DNA of 64,000 nucleotides, taken from NCBI RefSeq assembly GCF_009914755.1, contig NC_060947.1; one strand, given 5' to 3'. The notes beneath the pieces are model-generated. The model did not search any database, was not told where the DNA came from, and saw only the letters and a list, made by a program, of their open reading frames with translations. The position numbers and the translations under genes are program-made. Shown here piece by piece: positions 1 through 12,429 of this stretch. Source of the DNA: the human T2T-CHM13v2.0 reference genome, Homo sapiens. Numbering within the stretch: the first letter of the stretch is position 1; the number at the start of each line of letters is the position of its first letter.

Positions 1-347
1 TTTGGGACACCTTTCATGCTATTGCCTCTATTTAGATGGCTCACTGCCCACCTGGAAAGCTCTTAATCTGTTTTCAAATGCTGCCAGCTCCATGAAGTTT
101 TTCTGAACCTCATCATCCTGCAGCAATCATTATTCCATCATTGGTGTTCCCATAGCACTTGCTCCTTTGCACTGGACTCATTTATTTACAGATCTGTCTT
201 CACTATGCTGGAACTCCTGGAGGCCTAGGTCCAAAGCCTAGCAATTGGCAGGGTACCTAGAACATAGTGCTGTAGTGATGTCTTAATAAAAACCATGAAG
301 AGGAGTTGGACTTGATTTAATGGTCAGAGAAATGAGACAATCGAAAA

Positions 348-625
348 TATTTTTATTGTAGTAAAAAACAACATTAAATTTACCATCTTCACCATTTTTA
401 AGTGTACAGTTCAGTTGTGTCAAGTATATTGACATTGTTGTGCAACAGATCTCTTGAACTTTTCCATCCTGCAACACTAAAACTCTATACTCACTAAATA
501 CTACTTCTCCCTTTACCCTCCCCAAGCTTTTGGTAACCACCTTTCTACTTCCTGCTTTTATGATTTTCACTATATTAGATAATTAATATGAGCAGAATCT
601 TATGGTATTTGTCCTTTTGTGACCA
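348..625 (-). mobile_element. Old L1M (L1MB-like) 3' end fragment
   Basis: tttttattgtagtaaaa...aaatttaccatc...aagtgtacagttcagt...tatttgtccttttgtgac is the reverse complement of a typical L1M 3' terminus. Confidence 0.75.
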
Positions 626-692
626 AAATGTTCTTTTAGAAAGATTTCACTTGCAGGGGACTGCAGGATAGACCAAGGTGGATGAAAAGGAT

Positions 693-778
693 GTCATGAG
701 TAATCAGGGACAAGGAGAACCTGACGGTAGTGGGGGTCATGAGTAATCAGGGACAAGGAGAACCTGATGGTAGTGGGG
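693..778. repeat. 43-bp tandem duplication (2 copies, 1 mismatch)
   Basis: gtcatgagtaatcagggacaaggagaacctga(c/t)ggtagtgggg at 693-735 and 736-778. Confidence 0.95.
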
Positions 779-996
779 ATAAAAACTGTCAGCAAGAGGC
801 CTAGCCAGTCTGATTGTTGTATCCAACTTTTCTTTGGATTAGAAACACCAAGAAGTCCCATTTCCATCTACTTTCTTTGTCTCCACCAGAGTGATGGTCA
901 TGGAGCCAGGTGGTAAAATACTGCTTAGATGAAGAATTCATAATCATCTTGGTCCTTGGGAGTGCCTAGGGGAAGCTGGCATCGTTGCTTCTCTGA

Positions 997-1476
<480 letters not shown>

Positions 1477-1998
1477 TAAAACCTGATCTGAGAAAACTAT
1501 GTCATCAGTCATTTACGTCTGAGGGTAAATAAGATATCTCCGTGTTTCCTCTCACAGAGAGTAGCTGCACCATCAGCCTATTGAAGAAGAATAGCCACAC
1601 TGTAAAAGAAATTGCAAGCAGCAGGTAGAGGTATTTTGGGGGGCATGGAGTGTTTCTTGGGCTTCTGAAAACATGGTACTAGAAGTCACCACCTGATGAC
1701 ACAGGCTGACATTGGCCAAAGCATCTTATGCATAAAAGGAGGTCACTTTATTCCTGCTCAACTCTGGGGGGAGATCTGAGATCTTATTTTTTGTAAATGT
1801 GCTGTACCAATAATTATGGTGTTTCTATCATACATTTACTCTCAGCTTCTTCTTCTATAAAATTAAGAGGTTGGAAAAAATAATATCTAAGTTCCCTGCC
1901 AGCTTGGACATTTTGAGGTTATATGATTATTGGTTCAGTGTTTTTTGTTTTTGTTTTTGTTTTTAAAAGAATGTCAGCCAGAAATATTGAAATCAAAT

Positions 1999-2004
1999 TT
2001 TATT
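1999..2004 (-). terminator. Distal polyadenylation signal AATAAA of DCX
   Basis: Plus strand tttatt at 1999-2004, at the end of the repeat-poor UTR block, with a CA dinucleotide about 10 nt downstream on the minus strand. Confidence 0.7.
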
Positions 2005-4677
2005 TTTGGAAAATGACATTACACACATCTTGCAAATGTACACAGAAATGAGAATGCGATGAAGAACAGAGCTTGAGAGCCAAAATAATTGCAAGAGCAG
2101 CTCTTTGGCTGCCTGGTATTGAATGCTGCGAATCTTCAGCACTCACAGTTCACAGCACCTTACACACATGGCAAACTTCTCTAGACAACCTTGAAGTCCT
2201 CTGACCCAAGAAAGCCCTCATTGAATTGCGGAGGGGGTGGGGGAAGAGGGGTGTTACAGGCACAGGAGATGAAAAGGGTCTGCTCCAGCTGGTTTATGGG
2301 GGCCTCACCAAACCTACCAGTCCAAGTGGGGTCAGCAAACCAAAAAAGGAGAATGCCTCTTGAAATACTGCTTTTGAATCACAATTTCAGAGTAGGTTAG
2401 GTATTGCCTAGGACACTGATAGTAATGCATTTGAACTCATGCCCTTGTTTTTTTTTCTGGCTATAACTATTCTAAATAGGTGGCTAAAGTTCTTAAATAT
2501 CTGTTTTATTTCTCTCATTTTTTCTTTTTTTTTCAAATAATTATTGGTCATCGGTCAAGCAGAGTCTTCTGAGGTCTCTATCTTAAAACAGCTGCAGGGA
2601 TAAGGGACATCACTACCTACTGTCTTTGGATTACATGTGATTCTGAAAACTATTCAATCCTGAAATGTAATCAAATGGCCAAATACAACCCCAATTTACC
2701 ACTGATTTTTACGTAAAGTTGAGTCTTTGATCACAATGCTGTTCCTTAAGAAATGATCAATAACTGCTGAGAGATGGTTGAGAAATGCCTTTTCCCCACA
2801 TTTTGGTTTGTTTGTTGTTTGCTGACTTTACTTGGCAAGAGTTATTGGGCCTCAAATCAGATATTTACAACTGTAAGACAACTGGGAGCAGGGAGAGGGA
2901 GAGGGCAAGGGGGTGGGAAGAAGGACTACAAAGAAGAATATATTCTTTTCAGAGGTTAAAACGAGTTAAGAAATGTGATGTACAATACCATGCATTTACT
3001 CTCCAAAGCTAGTCACTAGCAAGCTAACACCTCTAACACTACAACCACCAATTACAGCTGTTTTGCTACAGGTACTCAATTCTAACTACAGCTATAGGGC
3101 AGAAAGGGTGGGCTGTTTCCATTTTAAACTTTCTCCCTTTGAAAATGGCCATAAAAACATTTTCTGTACAAGTTTAATGGCACAAAAAGGTGATCAAAAA
3201 CATTTTAAAGAACTTACCACACGTGGGAAATGCAAAATTCAATAAAACATGCATTAGTTGTATACAAGTCATAAGGGATCATTGGCTTCAAGCTGCAATA
3301 TATTACAGGACCATACATTGGAGACATTTTGGCATAACCTCTTACTTGTTCAAATCCCTTTTGGATAACTTATAAAGAAAAGTCATTGTAAATTTTGGCA
3401 TTCCATATGGTATTGCCAAGCAGTGACATTTCCAAGGGCTTTGCACTCTGTTTAATAAATTAACACCTACAATCTGGCTTCTTTAGGTCCACTAATTTCT
3501 CTTATATGGACTGTCTATTCAGTATCATGAACAGTTGGTGTCAAGAGTAAATGTTTAGGTGACTCAGAAGGAAAAAATACATGTCAATTAAGCAAATGTC
3601 TCTTTTTATAGTATAGATTTGTTAAATTATCTTTTCATTTAAATCAACTCCGATTGCCTACCAGTTTAGTTAAAACAGCTCAACAGTTAGCAAGCCCCAA
3701 ACAAGATTATTATAGAGAGTTTAATGTGTAATGGTAAAACTTTAAGCAATTACTCCCCCACCCCCATCCAGCCAAAACAAATGACAGGAGAAATTACCTG
3801 TGGTCCCTCATTATATTATATTGCAGCTTTAAAAATTATGGGCACATCAAACAAAATCAATTATTAGTATTTAGCTGATATAAATCCATGGGTGGATTTT
3901 TTCTCTTCAGCTGATTATGTCTCTGAGCACGCTTCACTGCTCCACAAAATGTCAGACTAAAAAGGAACCACAAAGTATTCTGTACAGTGCTTGGAAGGCA
4001 AAGACCTAAAGATACATGAGCTATAAGGAAACTGCTTGTAAAGATCTGCTGAGGGGGATTACGAATGAAAATGGAGAAGAAGAAAGGGCCAGGATCAGGT
4101 TGATTCCCACCAACATACTTCTGATTGGACTGGGGTAGGACCAGGGCTGATTGAATCTGGAAATAATTTATCATCAGTCCCAAGGCAAAATCACAGGCTA
4201 AGAAGAGGCACATGCCCAATGCCTAGACAGGGAGGAAGGAAAAAGTACAAATAAAGATAATAAGAGGGAGAGACAGAATTGCACAGGAGAAAGGATGGAT
4301 GTTTGTACTGTGGAAAGAGAGACTGATAACATAGAATATAAACTGAGAACAGAGGAAACTAGACAGAGAAAGAAAAGTCAAAGAGATACACAAGAGGTAG
4401 AGCGGCAAAAAGCCATTGATTCCCTCAGGTTATTGACCTAGTAATGAGAAACGCTAATGCCTTCAAGTCTTTGCCTTACTTACAAGGTGACTTCTGTTGT
4501 GCCATCTGACCTCTCCCAACTAACCTGCCCTTCTGATCAGGAGCAGAAAGATGCCTTAATTACCAATTGGAATTCTATACTCCCCTAGTCTCAGGCATCC
4601 AAGGTAAGAAAAAATCACCTCTGATTCCAGAAGATGTTGAAGCCAATAAACCAAGGGATAAAAAATTAGTCTTGTCA

Positions 4678-4991
4678 GCTGGGCATGGTGGCTCATGCCT
4701 GTAATCCCAGCACTTTGGGAGGCCGAGGTGGGCAGATAATTTGAGGCCAAGAGTTCAAGACCAGTCTGGCCAACATGGTGAAACCCCATCTCTACTAAAA
4801 ATAATAATAATAAAAAAATAGCCAGATTTGGTGGCGCACGCCTGTAATCCCAGCTACTCGGGAGACTGAGGCAGGAGAATCGCTTCGACCTGGGAGGTGA
4901 AGGGTGAAGGTTGCAGCGAGCCAAGATTGTGCCACTGCACTCCAGCCTAGGTGACAGAGGGAGACTCAGTCAAAAAAAAAAAAAAAAAAAA
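4678..4991 (+). mobile_element. AluS-type element inside the DCX 3' UTR (antisense to the mRNA)
   Basis: gctgggcatggtggctcatgcctgtaatcccagc...poly(A). TSD ttagtcttgtca at 4666-4677 and 4993-5004. Confidence 0.97.
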
Positions 4992-6734
4992 GTTAGTCTT
5001 GTCAAATGATAGCCAATGTCACGCTAGCTAAGCCAAAGCGGGAGGTCTGCATAGATCCTTAACAAGGAAACAAGGCAGGACGCAACACTAAGAGTCTGGG
5101 TGTATAAAGACCATACTAGACTTTTGGAGACAAAAACAATTTCTGGGGACCAGGCTTTAGGAGAAAGGGAGGGAAGGCACCTTTTCCTGAAGGGATAGAT
5201 GGGGCAACATTCTCATGCCTCACCCCAGATGAGCTCCAAAACACTTATGGTTCACTTGGGAGACCAGTCTGGGACTTAAAGCCAAAGCCCTTCAGTGAAG
5301 GCAATATATGAGTAAGGCCTGGAAATGGATCCAAGTGGCCCTATGTGGCCAAAGACAGGTTCCAATCATCTTTTTAAAAAATCAATGCCTTTTATTTCCA
5401 TAGCAAACTGGACAACCATAAAAGAAGTCGTTCAAACCACTGTCCCAGTGTTTCTATCTGGGGAAGTCTCTTGGCACAGACGTTTCTGAGGTGGGGTGAT
5501 CTTTGGGATCATTCCCATCAGTGTCCTGGAGCTCATTTTGGGGATATAGGCATCCTGTTCTCTTGTCCTAGGGATATGGATTTTTAAAAAATAAAAGCCA
5601 TTTAGAATCAAATGTGCAGGGTGATTGGGAGCATTGTACCCAGAGTATTGAAGGGATTAGGAACACAGACAAAATTTTGTTCAAGGTAAGCACCAATCAC
5701 TGGTCTAAGACTTGGACTAGAGGATTCAAAGAAGAATCTCAGGGTTCCTTGCCTTCTTCAAATAGCTACACATCCACTTTCAGGTTCCTTGGTTACTTGT
5801 GACTGTGGAGGAGAAGGAGGAAGGAGAGAGAAGTACCTGAGGAGTGGGGTAAGCCCAGAAGGAGGTCTCTTAGAACTGAACTAATAAATACCCCCTTAGT
5901 TCCCAGGAAGAGCCTTGCAGCAAGGAAAACCATGTGTTTGGACCCTTTTGCCCTGGTTTCTGCTGTGGAAGGCCACAGGAGCAGTGTACACAAGACGATG
6001 GGAAGAGTGTATAGAGCACACAGCTTGCTATTTTGGTGCAAACACAGGAGCCAATGTTTAACATCAGCCAGGGTACATTTTTGTCACAAAGCCCCTTGCT
6101 TATACCTGGAAATTGTCCTCATCAGAGCAGGATGGCTTTGGGGACATTGTGGATGAGGGCAACCACAGTGAGACCAGGTTATTTTCTCTAGCTCATCTTA
6201 CTCCCATATTCTAAAAGAAATCATTGCCAGTGAATGGTAGCCACACTAGTTTTTTTAAAATGTTGAAAAGCCATCTCAGAAAGTTAGGATGAACAAAGCT
6301 ATTGTTCCACTCTTTCTTTTTCTACTCTGGAAACAAGAAACATTTCCCTCAGCCTGGAAAGACCAACCATTATGAGATGACACAAGGTGAACTGATGGAG
6401 AAAATCAATCTTCCTCCATTCCATTTGGGCAAGGCAAGCATTCAGTGGGGGGCTATTCAGAGGGCTCCTCACGATGGAGCAGTGATCTCCTGAATCAGAT
6501 GGACAAGGCCAGGGACCCCATTGCTCCTATTGGCCCTCAATGCCTCACTCTCTTCAAGGACATCTGCAACCCATGTGGATGGGAACCAGGTGAATGCAGG
6601 GAAAAGGGGCTGTATTAGGTTGCTGGGTGGATTTCCCACTGAGATCAGGGCAGCAGCATGTGGCTCCAAGATGCAACATGACCCTGAGAAATAACTCTCA
6701 GGAGCCTAATGGAAGGCAATACTACTTAGTGGGA

Positions 6735-6920
6735 AAAGGCCCTGGAATAAGAGCCAGGAGATGTGGGTTGTAAACCCAATCCTGCCCCAGCCAGCTGTGT
6801 GACCTTGGGGAAATTACTTTACCTCTGTGTCTCGGTTTCCTGGCCTGAAGAATGAGAAATTTGGAGTAGAGGAGTAGATGATGTGATCTTAAGGTTCCTT
6901 CCAGCTAGAAAACGCTATAA
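6735..6920 (+). mobile_element. MIR element in the 3' UTR
   Basis: MIR core gctgtgtgaccttggggaaattacttt acctctgtgtctcggtttcc. Confidence 0.7.
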
Positions 6921-7152
6921 TTCAATCTAGGCTAATACTAAAGTCCATAAGGACACAAAGCAGTCATGCTAATGGCTATCCTTTCCAAAACAGTGAAGAG
7001 AAAAGGAGCTTTTCTCTCAATTTACCCCTAGTTAATACTACTTATGAAGTTAGTTGTTCAGCCCAGCCCCAATATATACATTTTCCCCTTCTTTGTCCCT
7101 ATTTCTATTTCTGTAGGGAAGAAAAATCAGGAGGTAGGAACAAGCAAGAGAT

Positions 7153-7156
<4 letters not shown>

Positions 7157-7182
<26 letters not shown>
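7157..7182. repeat. (TG)n microsatellite in the 3' UTR
   Basis: About 13 direct TG units. Confidence 0.95.
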
Positions 7183-7187
<5 letters not shown>

Positions 7188-8194
7188 AGGAGGGAGAAGT
7201 ATAGGGAGTGGTGGCAAATGCTTGCTGACTTGATGTTTGTTGACCGTGCAGAAATTAACACAATGGAACTTGAGTGCTAAAATTGGATTGGGTAAAATTG
7301 GAAGTGAATGACAGGGGTGGAGGAGCTCAGTTACAGACACACAAAAAAAATTGCCTTGAAAGTGGGCCAATTTAAAATGCAATTAATTATTGGAGACTTA
7401 AATTTTGGACTATGCCAAGCCTCATCCCCTGCTCCCTCCAAAATGGCCATAAAGAAACATTTCCTTATACTCGATTAAAAGTAAGATGGAAGATGTACTA
7501 TTGTTATTGAAGATTGTTGGTTCAAAGGTTATCCTAAAGAAAATATATCCATTTGGTATTTTCTAGTAGTACATATACCGCAATCAAGGAAATACTCAGA
7601 GAGCTAGTGTGAGGCCCAAGCATAAGGAAATCTGGATTCTTCCTCTGGTCCTGCTCTTTACCAGCCTCCACTTCCTCAACTTAAAATAAAGGTGATGGAC
7701 TAAATGAGACCTAAAGTGAGACTATGGGTGGAGTCATTGGGGGTTCTGGCCTGAAGTTTAAAATCAGGCCTCCCACCATTCTTTATGCCCACACCCCCTA
7801 ATCCAAGTATCACTTTTTCCCAATTAACTACAAAATGTTCTGGGAGGCACTAAGAAAACCCTGAGCTTCTAGAAAGAAATAGGGGCTTAGTAAAATGGGC
7901 TTATTAATGGTTTTGAATGGGTCTACAAAAAAAGGAGAGGGGGCAAAAAGAGATCCTCATCATTTGGGGTTCTTCAATTTCACCAGAAACCAGTACTACC
8001 ATCATCTCACTTTTCCTGAACCGAAAATGTTTCTGGTAGCTACAGACATCTGAAGCTTGTCTAGGGGCATCTGAGCTACCCCACCACCACTGGGTTCCCC
8101 CCTACACAGTGCACATCAGCAGTGCCACCCAGTTGCCACCAATCCATTACAGGGGTGTCCTGTAGTATTTCCTAATTTTGAAGCAGCTGCAGAT

Positions 8195-8250
8195 GCACAC
8201 ACACACACACACATGCACCACCCCCTCCCACCACCACCACACACACACAC
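8195..8250. repeat. Interrupted (CA)n/(CCA)n simple repeat in the 3' UTR
   Basis: cacacaca...ccaccaccac...acacac seen directly. Confidence 0.9.
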
Positions 8251-9892
8251 AGCAAGCTCATTCCATTTAGAGTGGAGGAACAACTGCAAGCCATTCAGTA
8301 GCCAAACAGCAGCTTGGCTTCGAATGCTGTGCCTTTCAAAATATCTGCACAATTACAAAGAAATAAGGAAATCTTCATATCTGCTAAAAGCAAACACAGA
8401 ATTGGCATGCATGACCTTCACTTAAATTTAGTTGTCTTTGCCATTATGGGCTATGATTACAGAAAAAAAAAAGCAGTGTTATAAACCTGTATCTCAAAAG
8501 ACTGAAAACTATTTCAAATGATCAGTCCTTAGTAAAGAGAAATCCTTTCTAATGTTAAAGACAAGTGAAAGATTTCTGTGTCTTCAGTATGAAATATTAG
8601 GATTATAGATAAAAAGAGTTGCTTAAAATATGCTGTAACATTTCATTTAAAATATAATTAGAATGTCTGGTCCACATTGAAATTATTAATGCAAGCATAA
8701 CTGTTAAAAAGCTATCAAAAAACTGATTCTATTGAATTGGCCTCTGCTATTCATCTTGTTTTCTCCTGGAGGTTACTGTTTGGCAGTGACAGCATAATTT
8801 CTAAACTACATTATTCTTCTGCTTTTTTTTTTTTTTTTGGTAAATTTTCTTCATGTGTTTTTTAGACAAAAGAAAAATCACCAGTTTATAAAAAAGGAGC
8901 CTGAAGAGTTTGCTCCTGAAATACAGACATGAATTTTTATAAAAAGGATATTGATTTCTTGCTATAAAAAGAGACTGAAAGGTGTCAGACCTGAAAACAA
9001 ATTCTCACAGTGTTTTCAGTGTTGGCTGTTAACAAGGCATTCAATAGAACAGAGATAGATGGATACCATACAGTTCATGTAATCATGTGGTATGTTAGAC
9101 AGCCTTCTAGAGGAATCAGGTATATGAAGTCCCTTACTCCAAACTATTATCAATTGCTTATTGATTCCAAATTGCCTCAGTGGAGAGATTGACCAGGAAT
9201 TCACTGTGCTTTATAAACTCTTCGGAAATGTCTGCAGTATTTTCCAATTCTGTCTATTCTCTTAGCTAACCCAGCACCAGGATCCTAAGCATCTGGTGTC
9301 ACAATTATAAGTTGTTGGTTTATTTCTCCCCATTGACAGCCAGAATTGGTGCTGGACAACAAACCCGGGCCTCAATCAGGAGTGAAGAGTGAGGCTGGGG
9401 AGCTGCCTTGCTGTCCTTCCAGGGTCCTCCACCATTCTTGAGATCCAGAGAAAAGGGGCACTTGTGTTTGTCATTCTTGGATCTGCCAATGAGTTTTTTT
9501 TTTCCCACACAAACATTTTAAGTGCTGTATATGTAAACAGCCCTCTACAGAAGGAAGACTGTATGGGCAAAATTAGACAGGGCAAATATAACGCAGGCAC
9601 CTAAGCTTTCCATTGAAAGGTCATGGACTAGCACATTTTGCATCCCTGGAATGCTGCCCCAAAGGATGGTTATCAATCTATCTCTCATAATTGGTAACTG
9701 TGGATCAGTGGCCCAGAGGAGAAATCACAGGAAAATAAACCCAACATATTACAATGTGTTTTTCAAAATAACAACAACAACAAAATAAAAACTTGAAAGC
9801 ACCAATAGCCCTGTTGGACACTTGAGCAGAAGTACCCTACTACAATGATAGGCTTGGATTTGTACTCTGGACTCTGAGCACTCTCCCCTCCT

Positions 9893-9949
9893 TTACATGG
9901 AATCACCAAGCGAGTCCGAGTCATCCAAGGACAGAGGCAGGTACAGGTC
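9893..9949 (-). CDS. DCX: DCX terminal exon, coding part: DLYLPLSLDDSDSLGDSM-stop (contains the YLPL adaptor-binding motif)
   Basis: Acceptor tctcttctctcttcttatag|GACCTGTAC..., TAA at 9895-9893. Matches the known DCX C-terminus. Confidence 0.98.
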   Translation of the reverse strand, partial: DLYLPLSLDDSDSLGDSM

Positions 9950-10019
9950 CTATAAGAAGAGAAGAGACAAAGTTAATTTTCCTTTTCTTGATATCTTGAG
10001 CTCTGGAATGTCTGCTTTA

Positions 10020-11290
10020 GTTTTTTTTATTAATACTTTAATTTTTACAACATAATAATTATAGATTCACAGGAAGTTGAAAAAATGTACAGGGAGGTAC
10101 CCTTGTACCAATGTACCCTTCATTCAATTTTCCCTAATGGTACCATCTTGCAGTTTAACATGTGATCATTTGTGTGTGGGGTGTGTATGTGTGTGTGTGT
10201 ATATTCCTATGCAATTTTATCATGTGTGTATATTTGTGTGACCATCGCCACAGTCAAGATACAGAACTGTACCTTCAACACAAGGCTCCCTTGTGCTACC
10301 CCATTAGAGCTCCATCCAACCCTCCCCTCTTCCCTGAGCCCTGGCAACAAATAATCTGTTTCCTGTCTCTGTAATTTTGGAATTTCAACAATGTTATATG
10401 AATGAAACCATACAGTATATAACCATTTGGGATTGGCCATTTTCATTCAGCATAATTCCCCGGAGACTCATGTAAGCCATTATATGTATCAATAGTTTGC
10501 TTCTTTATATTGCTGGTGTAGATGCACCACAGTTTGTTTAGCCATTCACCTGTTGAAGCACACGTTGAATGATTCAAGTTTTGGGCTATTGCAAATAAAG
10601 CTGCCATAAACGCTCCTGTACTGTACAAGTTTTTGTGTGATCATACATTTTCATTTCTCTGGGACAGACACCCAGGAGTAAAATTGCTGAGTCATATGGT
10701 AATTCCATTTTCAGTTTTGTAAGGAATGCCATATTGCTTTCCAGTGTGGCTATACCATTTACAGTCTCACCTCCTGCCAGCAAAGTATTAGTAGTTTGGT
10801 TTCTCCACATTCTCTCCAGTATTTGATGTTTTTATTATTTTTCATTTTAGCCATTCTTGTGGATTTGTAGTGACATCTCATTGTGGTTATAATTTGCATT
10901 ACCATGATGGCTAATGATGTTTAACATCTTTTCATGTGCTTAGTTTTCATCTGTATTTCTTCCTCAATTAAATGTTTCTTCATGATTTTATTCATTTCTG
11001 AATTAGATTTTTTTCTTACTGGTAAGTTTTAACAGTTATTTTATATTCTCTAAATAAGCCTTTAATTAGATATTGGGTTGCAAATATTTTCTCCCAGTCT
11101 GTATCTTGTCTTTTTACACACCTTCACAGCTTTTGCATGGTCTTTGGCAGAGCAAACATTTTTAATTTTTGAGATCCAATTTACCCAATTTATCAGTTTT
11201 TATTTTATGGATTTTACTTTTGTTGTCAAGTCTAAGAATTCTTTGCTTATAATCCATTTTTAATTTTTGCATATGATATGAGGTCTAGGT
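10020..11290 (-). mobile_element. Old L1M (L1MC/MD-like) 3' region
   Basis: Degenerate antisense L1 ORF2 end and 3' UTR. ORFs 10443..10628 (FMAALFAIAQN...EWLNKLWCIY) and 10586..10810 (ELPYDSAILLLG) resemble the ORF2p C-terminus. Confidence 0.85.
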
Positions 11291-11298
11291 TAAGAAAC

Positions 11299-11480
<182 letters not shown>

Positions 11481-12023
11481 TAAGATACCAAAGAGAACTG
11501 GAAAGTATAGAATCAATTCTGTGGCCACTTAAGAGCACCCCCACCCCCACCGCCTTGCCACTGCTTTTGTATCATAAGGACAAGAACTTCAGTAGAAGAT
11601 TGTTCAAGAAAATTGGAGAACATAGCTTCTCCTTGAGGTAGAGAAAAAAGTGGAAATGAGAAAGAGGGACAAGAGTGGGGAGGAGAAGGACTTATTTATT
11701 TAACATTGGGAATTTATCTAACATTGAAAATGCTTTTTGCTGAGAAAGAAGTGACAGGAAAACCTGTAGGCACCTTAGAATGGAAAGACGAGTAAAGCAT
11801 ATTCAGAAACCCGAGGTTTAACTCTGGCTAATTAATGCTATGACATTGAACAAATCTTTGAGTATTGGTTTCTTTATCAGTGAACAATCTGTAAGGTTTC
11901 TTCCAGCTCTGAGACTATAATTTGGGGGTCCTAAAGGGATATTGAATGATTAAGAAACAAAACAAAGGCAACTACAGCAAATAGACTCAGTTCTCGTCAA
12001 CCTACCATCCCTTCACTGTAAGT

Positions 12024-12240
12024 CAGGGATTAGCAAAATTTTCTGTAAAAGATTAGATAGTAAATATTTTAAGTTTTCTTTGCTGGTCACATATGGTCTC
12101 TGTCACACATTCTTCATTATTTGTTTGGGGTTTGCTCTTTTACAACTCTTTAAATATTTAAAAAAACATATTTTAGATGGGGTGGGTCATCCATGCAAAT
12201 ATAACCAAGACACAGGCAGGATCTGGCATCCCTGTTCTAA
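12024..12240. mobile_element. hAT-Charlie non-autonomous DNA transposon (MER58-like)
   Basis: cagggattagcaaaattttctgtaaaa...gatagtaaatatttta... with the terminal inverted match cagggat/atccctg. Confidence 0.65.
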
Positions 12241-12429
12241 ACTACCAAACAAAAGTTTCTTAGAAAACTGATAAACAGGTAGGATGTACAATGCCAAGGA
12301 AATACTAGAAATGCAACAAATACATGTAAAATGGAATTGAAGCAAAGTGGCATACAATGGAGTTGCATCTCTGAAGGGATTAATTCTGAAGTACTGGAGT
12401 AAAGTGAACATAGTCAAAAGTATTTTTGA

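Larger units (their letters stand above)
1985..9892 (-). other. DCX: DCX 3' UTR (about 7.9 kb)
   Basis: Runs from the stop codon to a distal AATAAA at 2004-1999. It is poor in repeats compared with the introns, and the length fits the known very long DCX mRNA. The cleavage position is approximate. Confidence 0.8.

Noticed and set aside
2230-2252. G-rich runs here and at 2890-2920 as RNA G-quadruplexes in the 3' UTR
   Set aside because: The G runs are on the plus strand, so the DCX mRNA is C-rich at these positions.
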